This document shows positions 18,620 to 25,366 of a DNA stretch of 25,366 nucleotides, piece by piece. The DNA lies in the IMG/VR virus record IMGVR_UViG_3300032073_000224, positions 1 to 25,366 of that record, one strand, 5' to 3'. Position 1 is the stretch's first letter. The number at the start of each line of letters is the position of its first letter. The DNA is from a virus. Taxonomy: Duplodnaviria > Caudoviricetes. Below the pieces are notes generated by a model. That model saw only the letters and a program-made list of their open reading frames with translations. It did no database searches and was not told the DNA's origin. The position numbers were made by a program, and so were the translations under genes.

Positions 18620-18628
18620 GAGACTGCC

Positions 18629-18928
18629 GTGACAGACGTAATCGGTGGAGTCAAGGAAGTTGTTACGCTCGACAAAGTAATGCGAGGAACAGCGGTACAC
18701 GCAAGGATGATCTTGGAATCATGTCTAGTCACTGCGGATCGCATGGCAGGCGTAGAAGGAATCCATGAGCGTTTGTTTATGGAATCGCTGATCGCTTCTG
18801 TTCGGCATGACCAGATGCAGGAATCACCAAGTTCGCTTGGGTACAACTACGACAAATCGGATCGTATGGATCGTGGTTACGACCACCACGACTGGCAGAA
18901 CACAGGCGTCACCTACAACGGATCATAG
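18629..18928 (+). CDS. Detached C-terminal part of adaptor/ring domain 3
   Basis: GTG start with AGGAG (18618-18622). GTAVHARMILESCLVTADRMAGVEGIHERLFMESLIASVRHD aligns by eye with GGAVHADTIMLGCLAAAE...GEGGVHYQLFNEKLAAAVMSD (9378 gene) and GGIEHAQTILACCLAVMEE..GGEGQVYKAKMMETIASSVMLD (10046 gene). Confidence 0.75.
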   Translation: MTDVIGGVKEVVTLDKVMRGTAVHARMILESCLVTADRMAGVEGIHERLFMESLIASVRHDQMQESPSSLGYNYDKSDRMDRGYDHHDWQNTGVTYNGS

Positions 18929-18930
18929 TC

Positions 18931-19293
18931 ATGGCAAACGAAGCAACCGCAACCGTATCGCTGTCTTACAAAAAAGGCGGACGCGAAGAAGAAATGCACA
19001 GCGTCTCTGTTCCGTCTGACGTTGCTGGCGAGCAATACGCCAAGACTACGATGCTTGTTGGGACAGCAGGCACTTCTCTCAAGCTCGGCGGCGTGGCGGC
19101 ACTTGGCGGTCTTATCTCAGGTCGCGTGTTAAGCACGACTGGGACAGTCACGTTCTATATCAACACCGAGACAGATTTCCTGACGTTGAACGCTGGCGAT
19201 CCGTTCCTTTTTCGGCTGGTGTCTGGTGCGGCTGTATTAGTGAAGGGCAGTTCTGCCGACAGGGAAATTGAATATCTGCTATTGGAGGCGTAA
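18931..19293 (+). CDS. Hypothetical beta-rich virion protein
   Basis: 120-aa ORF coupled (TAATG) to the next gene. Confidence 0.65.
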   Translation: MANEATATVSLSYKKGGREEEMHSVSVPSDVAGEQYAKTTMLVGTAGTSLKLGGVAALGGLISGRVLSTTGTVTFYINTETDFLTLNAGDPFLFRLVSGAAVLVKGSSADREIEYLLLEA

Positions 19294-21146
19294 TGCCACA
19301 GCAAGACGTTCCCCTGCCGTTCCCGCTGCGAGGCGTTGACAAATCGCTGTCTCATTTGGCTGGCGATCCTGAAACCACTGTGTATGCTCGCAATGTCTTT
19401 CCTAAAGACGTTACTGAGTCTCGTATTCGTGGTGGATCACGGAAAGGTTTGGCAAAGCGTTTCCCTGACTTGCTTCGCGGCACACCGCAGTTCTTGCTTG
19501 AAGTATCAAAGATCACTTCCAGTTTTGACGAGCCATATCAATTTTTGTTGATTGGAACCACTGCGTCTATTTACATATCGAGCGCGACTCGCTCAACGGT
19601 AAATGGAAACATCCAGTACAGCGAAGTCCTGAATGAAATAAACGGTGCGATTACAGATCAGAGCGGGGCAACGATAACTGACCACAATAGCGAACTGATC
19701 GAGACGACTTCGTTTGTGCTGACAGGCGAGGGAAACGCATACGCTGGAAACGTCACAGTGCATCAAGGTGCAGTTATATTTTCCCAGCCTTCCGAGACTG
19801 TGTTTAGCGGGACTGGAACACTGACGAACGGAACACTTACCAGTAGCGGAGTGGCGGACTTTACGTTAATTGGTGCAGACAAGTCTCAGCATGTAGTGAA
19901 CATCACGGTAGGGCAGACGGGGACACTGCTTGGCAGTTACAAGATGTCGTCGATCACCTCTGGGTCAATCGTCTTTGCAACAAGCTCGACTGGGACAAAT
20001 GGTGCAGTCAGTTTTTCAGTTGTAAACGCCCCAAAAACGGTTGACGTTGAAAACCGAACAGTTGACGTTGTTACCCCCACAGCAGGTACGTTTCCCAGCG
20101 GATCGACTTCTATCATCACTACCTATCGGGACCGATTAGTTTGGGCAGTGGACCGTGTGTGGTACATGAGCCGAGTCGGTGACGCTGGTGATTACAATTA
20201 CTCTGCTGATGTAGCTGACAATGGCAGGCCGGTTGCGGGAACAAACAGTGACGCTGGACTCCCAGGTGATCCAATCACTGCAATGGCAGCGGTGGGATAT
20301 GACTTCTTGCTTATGTTCTCCGAGCAATCAACGTGGGTGCTGCGAGGCGATCCTGCCTTTGGTGGTCAGCTATTTAACCTCAGTAGAAAGGTGGGTTGCG
20401 TTTCGCCTGACGCTTGGTGCTACGGTCCAGACGGAGAGATTTACTTTCTTTCAAAGGACGGGCTTTACGTCGTGTCGCCTGAAATGTCGTCGCCTCCGGT
20501 TTCGTTAAGTGATGGCAGGATGCCTGCTGAATTAAAGCAGCGAGACTCGGAGAACTACGACACTGCTCTGGCTTACGACATGACGGAGAACGCGGTGGTC
20601 ATCTTCGTTACGCCACGGGACGGGGTGACTGCTGGTTCTCACTGGTGGTTTGACACTACAACAGCTTCCTTCTGGGAGTTTCAATTTGCAGACGCTCAGA
20701 AACAGCCAGTTGCAGCTTTGTCCTATTCAGGCGCACCAACTCGTCAGCGTGGAACAACGGTCCTGTGTCCAGATGGCTATGTCAGAGAACTGGCTGGAAC
20801 AACTGACGATGGCGATGCTATATCGTCCCGCATCCTGATCGGGCCTTTGCTTATGTCGCAAACAATGGGAAGCGAAGGACTGCTTACTCAGTTGCACACG
20901 GAGCTAGGCAAAGGAAGCGGATCGGTGACGGTTGAGGTTTATGCAGGCGACAATGCCGAGGAATTGCTGGATGAAGCTGTACTGGGAAACTCACCTGGCT
21001 TTACCCGCAGCATCTCAGAAGGCAGAAGCAAGACAATCAGGCCGAGGCTTCGCGGGGCTTACGCTGTCCTTGTCATGCACAGCAATGAGTCGTGGTCGTC
21101 TGAATCGCTTTTGGCAACCGTAGCACAAGTAGGGAGGACAAGATAA
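19293..21146 (+). CDS. Tail nozzle / tail tubular protein B-like (P22 gp10-like stabilisation) protein
   Basis: 617 aa; N-terminal P.P.RGVD; beta-propeller-like blades (YRDRL...W.S..GD...Y, GD.ITAM, VGCVS, IYFLSKDGLY); C-terminal R.RG.Y. Lies after the adaptors. Confidence 0.75.
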   Translation: MPQQDVPLPFPLRGVDKSLSHLAGDPETTVYARNVFPKDVTESRIRGGSRKGLAKRFPDLLRGTPQFLLEVSKITSSFDEPYQFLLIGTTASIYISSATRSTVNGNIQYSEVLNEINGAITDQSGATITDHNSELIETTSFVLTGEGNAYAGNVTVHQGAVIFSQPSETVFSGTGTLTNGTLTSSGVADFTLIGADKSQHVVNITVGQTGTLLGSYKMSSITSGSIVFATSSTGTNGAVSFSVVNAPKTVDVENRTVDVVTPTAGTFPSGSTSIITTYRDRLVWAVDRVWYMSRVGDAGDYNYSADVADNGRPVAGTNSDAGLPGDPITAMAAVGYDFLLMFSEQSTWVLRGDPAFGGQLFNLSRKVGCVSPDAWCYGPDGEIYFLSKDGLYVVSPEMSSPPVSLSDGRMPAELKQRDSENYDTALAYDMTENAVVIFVTPRDGVTAGSHWWFDTTTASFWEFQFADAQKQPVAALSYSGAPTRQRGTTVLCPDGYVRELAGTTDDGDAISSRILIGPLLMSQTMGSEGLLTQLHTELGKGSGSVTVEVYAGDNAEELLDEAVLGNSPGFTRSISEGRSKTIRPRLRGAYAVLVMHSNESWSSESLLATVAQVGRTR

Positions 21147-21724
21147 TGCCTGCTGATCCAAGCATTGTAGTTTCCGGTCATGTGTCCGACCTTCCGTTTC
21201 ATCCTCCTGCAACGGATGACAAGCGAGACGCAGAGCTTGCATTTGATCGTCTCGACAAAAAGATTGCTGGCAGCGTAACTCGCGTCACAACACTTGAAAC
21301 AGGTCTGACGACAGCAAACGCAAGCATTGCAACAAACGCAACAAACATTGCAACAAACGCAACAGATGTTGCGACCAATGCAGCGAACATTGCGACGAAC
21401 GTATCAAACATTGCAACCAATGTTACTAATATCGCAACTAACGCTTCAGACCTTACCTCTGCTGTTAGCACAATAAACACTGCTCTAGCTGCCAAGGTAG
21501 ACGAAACCACGATAGCAGCGGCAAGCGTTCCAAATTCCGCATCGACAGGCGTGGTCAACACTGGGTGGGGGATTACATACCAAAACTCATCATACAACCT
21601 TGACGTTGTTGACTGGAACAACAGTCAAATGGATGCTTTTTTTGACAGTCAATTTTTCTTCATCCATGAAAATATCCTGCACTTGCAGACGAAGATAAAC
21701 CAAATTATTACAGCGATAGGATAG
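21146..21724 (+). CDS. Trimeric coiled-coil tail needle/fibre (P22 gp26-like position)
   Basis: Six consecutive (I/V)ATNxxx heptads; follows the nozzle gene as gp26 follows gp10 in P22. Confidence 0.6.
   Translation: MPADPSIVVSGHVSDLPFHPPATDDKRDAELAFDRLDKKIAGSVTRVTTLETGLTTANASIATNATNIATNATDVATNAANIATNVSNIATNVTNIATNASDLTSAVSTINTALAAKVDETTIAAASVPNSASTGVVNTGWGITYQNSSYNLDVVDWNNSQMDAFFDSQFFFIHENILHLQTKINQIITAIG
21326..21451 (+). repeat. Six 21-nt heptad-coding repeats
   Basis: IATNATN IATNATD VATNAAN IATNVSN IATNVTN IATNASD; the first two units are nearly identical in DNA (attgcaacaaacgcaaca). Confidence 0.9.
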
Positions 21725-21728
21725 GAAG

Positions 21729-22484
21729 ATGCCACAGTTCAATTCATACGCATCTGCGTCAGCCTTGGGAAATTCTGACACTTTGCTTGTTTATCAGGGT
21801 GGTGCAGTCAAGCAGGCGACTGTGCAGCAGGTCGAGACTTCTGTTAGCGATGCTTCGCGGTGGGTCACGGTTGCTCCCAGTAGCTACACATCGACGGCAG
21901 CGAGCGCGACAACTATCACCATGAGCGATACAACGGGGCTTGCCGCAGGCTTGCCGCTGCGTGTTACGAACAGTTCTGGAAGTTTGTACTGCATCATTGA
22001 GTCTGTGGCTGGCAGCACTGTCACGGTTCGCGGCCCAGTAATTAACGGTGCAGGAATTACAGCACTTGCATACGGCAAGCCAGAGCAGATCAGCGAGATG
22101 TCATTGTTTGTTGCTTCGTATTTCTCACTGACTACCAGTACAACGCTGATGTCATCGCTGATGGAGGCGTACTTTAAGTGGAGAGGGCCGTCTGCCTATA
22201 TCGTTCAGGCTTGTTTTGTAAACGATCAAGCTGACGGAACCAGCAATCCACGAATGAACGTGCTTCGGACTCCAAGCGGCGGCAGTTCTGTGAGGGTGGT
22301 TGCAGACAATGCAAACGCTGGCGTTGATCTAGCTGGTGCTGGGGTTTGGGCAGAGTCAACTAATGTGCAGTCTGCAAACTATCAGATTTCCCGTGGAGAT
22401 TCACTGGAACTGGAAGTGGTTGCGGCTGGCGGTGACGGTGGTGCAAGCAATCTTACAGTTTCTCTGACCTTCGTGTTGGCATAA
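21729..22484 (+). CDS. Putative tail fibre/spike component
   Basis: S/T/A/G-rich beta protein with an N-terminal D.LLV.Q.G..K..T fibre-joint-like motif and a C-terminal beta-sandwich. Confidence 0.55.
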   Translation: MPQFNSYASASALGNSDTLLVYQGGAVKQATVQQVETSVSDASRWVTVAPSSYTSTAASATTITMSDTTGLAAGLPLRVTNSSGSLYCIIESVAGSTVTVRGPVINGAGITALAYGKPEQISEMSLFVASYFSLTTSTTLMSSLMEAYFKWRGPSAYIVQACFVNDQADGTSNPRMNVLRTPSGGSSVRVVADNANAGVDLAGAGVWAESTNVQSANYQISRGDSLELEVVAAGGDGGASNLTVSLTFVLA

Positions 22485-23617
22485 TGTTTAACGTCAGCTT
22501 TCCTGCTAAACACTCATGGAATCCTCTCTCAAAAGAGTTGCAGGATGCGGTTGGTTTTGTTGCTGGAAGTCATTTCAGCCCGTACTTGAAGGCTCACGTT
22601 TACACTCCGTCTACGGGAGTGACGGCATCATTCCAGCCCGCTACTCTGCCGACTGCCGCAGGACATGCAACAGCCAGAAAGCAAGGAAGGTGGGTTGCGT
22701 TTGTAGCTGGCGGTTATTTGAGTGTTTATGCGTTCAATGCTTCTACTGGATTTGGAAGTCGATCATCGCATGTTGCAATAACCGGCGTTTCGGAGTGCGA
22801 ATTTTCGCACGACGGTTCAATGCTGCTTGTCCTTACTGCGTCAGGCTACCAGATATACGACTTCAATCATGGAACGGGACTCGGCTCGCTGTTGACTACA
22901 GCAGCATCGTCTGTCTCGGGAACGCTCAAAAGTGTTGCCGTGTCTCCCGATGGCGGACATTTCATTTTGTCAGGGACAGGAGGATCAATGATTGAACGTC
23001 GTTCTTTTGATGATCTTTTAGGGTCAGGATTGACTTGCTCTACAACACCTCCCGCTGCCGGTGCTACTTACAGCAGCAGCGGGTACAACATTGCGAGCAA
23101 GGGACTGTGCAAGCTCAGTGGCGTTTGTGCAAACGGAAAGTCCTACTATGCTTACACTTCAAGCCGTTATTGCTACTACGGACTGGTAAACGCTGACGGG
23201 TTGGGCGATCCAAGCGTTATTGACATGGTGTATGTACTGCAAGGCATAGATTTTATTCCTGAGTACAACATGATTGCCGTGGGAGCAGCTACGGACCCAG
23301 AGGGCAGGAGTCAGGGAGCCGATTTGCGGCTTTTTGCTCTGTCGGACACTCCGACTGATCTTGGCAGAAGCAACAATGTTAGCAACTACTCCTGCACTGG
23401 AAATGGTGGAAGTGCTGGCGATGACTCAAACCCAGGCGGTGCGCCGTGGAGTGTCGAGTGGATCAAGAGCATGTCGTCGTTGATCGTAGGGCTTGGGTAC
23501 GGATGGAACAACACTCGTCCATTCCATTCCATCGCAGTAGCCAGTAACGGGTCTTTAACTAGCCAGTCTTATCCGACAAACAACCCGAAAGGTGTTGAAT
23601 CTATCGACTGGTTCTAG
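22484..23617 (+). CDS. Putative beta-propeller receptor-binding protein
   Basis: WD40/YVTN-like blade signatures (EFSHDGSMLLV, AVSPDGGHFIL, IDFIPEYNMIAVG); Gly/Ser-rich with several Cys. Confidence 0.55.
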   Translation: MFNVSFPAKHSWNPLSKELQDAVGFVAGSHFSPYLKAHVYTPSTGVTASFQPATLPTAAGHATARKQGRWVAFVAGGYLSVYAFNASTGFGSRSSHVAITGVSECEFSHDGSMLLVLTASGYQIYDFNHGTGLGSLLTTAASSVSGTLKSVAVSPDGGHFILSGTGGSMIERRSFDDLLGSGLTCSTTPPAAGATYSSSGYNIASKGLCKLSGVCANGKSYYAYTSSRYCYYGLVNADGLGDPSVIDMVYVLQGIDFIPEYNMIAVGAATDPEGRSQGADLRLFALSDTPTDLGRSNNVSNYSCTGNGGSAGDDSNPGGAPWSVEWIKSMSSLIVGLGYGWNNTRPFHSIAVASNGSLTSQSYPTNNPKGVESIDWF

Positions 23618-23710
23618 TCATTTTCGGAGTAGGATTTTGCTCAGGCACTCGTTCAAATACGGTCTTTGGTGACATTTTGTCCCAAAACCTGAACATTAAC
23701 GAGGCTTGCA

Positions 23711-24334
23711 ATGGCGATTACAATCCCAATAACTTCTTTTGCGGGAAATGCCAGAGGCAGTAGTTCCGGCAATGCTTCTAAGTCCACGAGCGAGAGCAAC
23801 ACCTTTTTCTCTCCCGAGATGAAAAAGCTGTCTGAGAAGTATTTTGGTGCTGCGGCTGAATCTACACAGGGCTATCAAGACCAGTTAAGCCAGCTTGCTG
23901 AAAACAGAACCTCTGGTCTTTCCGACAATTACGCAGGACAGCTTTCACTGCTGCAAGGGATCGGAAACGCCCAAAGAGATAGGATCAATCGAGACTTCGC
24001 TTCGCAGGCAGGGGGCGTAGGAGCCGCTCTTGCTGGCACTGGGCTCTACAACACCACAGTTCAGGGCAATATGGCTCAAGGCGTTGAGCGAAATCGCCAA
24101 GAAGCATTAGGGCAGCTTTCTGAGATGCTTTCCCAGCAGCAGCTAGGGGCTCTACAAGGTAGCGGTCAACAAATTTCGGCTGCTCAGGGCGATGAAATGT
24201 CCGCACAGTTAGCCCTTGCCCAGTTGCTTTCTGGTCTTTACGAGTCGCAGGCTTCTTTCATGCCGACTCTTTCACAATCTTCCTCCCAGTCCGAAAGCGG
24301 GTCAAATTCATACACTCGCGCGGGCAACCGATAA
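23711..24334 (+). CDS. Putative DNA ejection / internal virion protein
   Basis: Q/S/G/A-rich helical protein (QAGGVGAALAGTGLY) with a GAGG RBS; position after the tail genes matches podoviral ejection proteins. Confidence 0.55.
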   Translation: MAITIPITSFAGNARGSSSGNASKSTSESNTFFSPEMKKLSEKYFGAAAESTQGYQDQLSQLAENRTSGLSDNYAGQLSLLQGIGNAQRDRINRDFASQAGGVGAALAGTGLYNTTVQGNMAQGVERNRQEALGQLSEMLSQQQLGALQGSGQQISAAQGDEMSAQLALAQLLSGLYESQASFMPTLSQSSSQSESGSNSYTRAGNR

Positions 24335-24356
24335 CAGCCCACATGCGAGCTTGAAA

Positions 24357-25366
24357 ATGACACGCTTACCTAGTAACGGATTGCGTTCCGCGTTTGCACG
24401 AAGAATGAGGAACGCAGATGGTCAGGAAGTCCTAGTAGATGGAGGGCCAGAGGCAGAGCGAGCATTTGCAGAGACTCAGTTATTGCAAAAGCAGCTTAAA
24501 GGAAACTCTCAAGACAAGCTCATGTCTGCTTGGGGGCAGGCATCACAGATCGCGTCTGAAAACATTGCAAGGCAGCAGTCAGAGCGAGAGGCGTTGCGAG
24601 TAGACGCTGAACGGAAGTCGCGTCTTGCTCTTGATGAAGATGCACAGCGAGAGCAGTCTACGCAGAACAGGGCGAGAATTGAGATAGACGCAGCGGATCG
24701 AGAGCAACAGAACCAGTTGCGATTGAACGACCAAAACCTCGCAAGGGATAGGTACGCGGCTGCTGCCCAGCTTGATTCCGACAAGCTAAATCAGTCTGCC
24801 ACCCAATTTGCAAAAAACTTGGCATTGCAGGAAGGTCAGCTTGAGGACAGAAGGCGAAAGGCTGACTTTGACCAAAAGAAGGAAACAGATCGCGTAGCTG
24901 AGGGTTTGCTAAAGCAGATGCGAGGCAAGAGGCTTACAGACGAAGGAAAGAAAGCTGTAGCCGAATTGTCGTCCGTGTATCGCAGCATTTCAAAGAACAA
25001 AAACGCGATGCGAGGGCATCAGTATGACTCTATGATGCAAGATTGGCTCGATCTCGCAGAGTCAGCAAACATTGACCAATACTCAGTGCAGCAGCAATCG
25101 GTTGGCAGTCAGTTTGAAGGCGAGTTTGAGATTGTTCCTGTGCAGGGCAAGGATGGAATCGTTCGTCAATATGAAGTTCAACGAGATGCTGATGGCAACC
25201 TAAGCTACGAAAGGCTTGAGCAGCAAGAGGGAAGCCCGATGTACGGGAGCTTGCAAGAAAGAGCGATGGCGGTTGCTAATAACAAGGAAGCTCAAATTGC
25301 TTTAACGGAGAGAGCTAATGCAAACCTGTTGCAAAGGAACGCAGACAACCCAAATTATCAGCCGAC
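24357..25366 (+). CDS. Partial long helical protein, probable second ejection/internal virion protein (3'-truncated; absent from the ORF track)
   Basis: Manual translation from ATG 24357 (MTRLPSNGLRSAFARRMRNADGQEV...) is open to the window end; Q/E/R/A-rich coiled-coil character. Confidence 0.7.
   Translation, partial: MTRLPSNGLRSAFARRMRNADGQEVLVDGGPEAERAFAETQLLQKQLKGNSQDKLMSAWGQASQIASENIARQQSEREALRVDAERKSRLALDEDAQREQSTQNRARIEIDAADREQQNQLRLNDQNLARDRYAAAAQLDSDKLNQSATQFAKNLALQEGQLEDRRRKADFDQKKETDRVAEGLLKQMRGKRLTDEGKKAVAELSSVYRSISKNKNAMRGHQYDSMMQDWLDLAESANIDQYSVQQQSVGSQFEGEFEIVPVQGKDGIVRQYEVQRDADGNLSYERLEQQEGSPMYGSLQERAMAVANNKEAQIALTERANANLLQRNADNPNYQP

Noticed and set aside
11324-18628. Cassette as a self-splicing intron, split intein or classical transposon/integrative element
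   Set aside because: No intron-encoded RT or endonuclease, no intein motifs (N-terminal C/S block, C-terminal HN), no transposase or integrase, and no clear terminal repeats or target duplication beyond a 5-nt TCATA.
21326-21451. CRISPR-like array
   Set aside because: The 21-nt units are contiguous, have no spacers, vary at synonymous positions and encode heptads.
727-24784. Numerous short minus-strand and alternate-frame ORFs
   Set aside because: They are shadows of long plus-strand genes, with no recognisable motifs in a uniformly plus-strand operon.
1-25366. Genome-wide stop-codon reassignment (TAG or TGA)
   Set aside because: Core genes (terminase, portal, capsid, nozzle) are full-length in the standard code, and all three stops end genes at sensible boundaries.

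Overview
The window is a contiguous, all-plus-strand morphogenesis region of a tailed dsDNA phage (Caudoviricetes), most likely podovirus-like. Gene order: small and large terminase, an HTH/Zn-finger protein, portal, scaffold, major capsid and a probable capsid-decoration protein (closed by a strong intrinsic terminator), three paralogous head-tail adaptor/ring domains, a 1879-aa six-LamG-domain fibre with accessory genes, a nozzle/tail-tube-B-like protein, a coiled-coil tail-needle-like protein, two more fibre-like proteins, and ejection-type proteins running off the right end. No tape measure, sheath, integrase, tRNA or CRISPR is visible. One motif tentatively suggests a Planctomycetota host. 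The most striking observation is that the third adaptor domain is split: it stops at 11323, and its missing C-terminal helical part (GxxxHA..IL..CL motif) reappears about 7.3 kb downstream as a separate gene (18629-18928), with the whole LamG-fibre cassette in between. All product calls rest on motif recognition and synteny only; no database searches were run.
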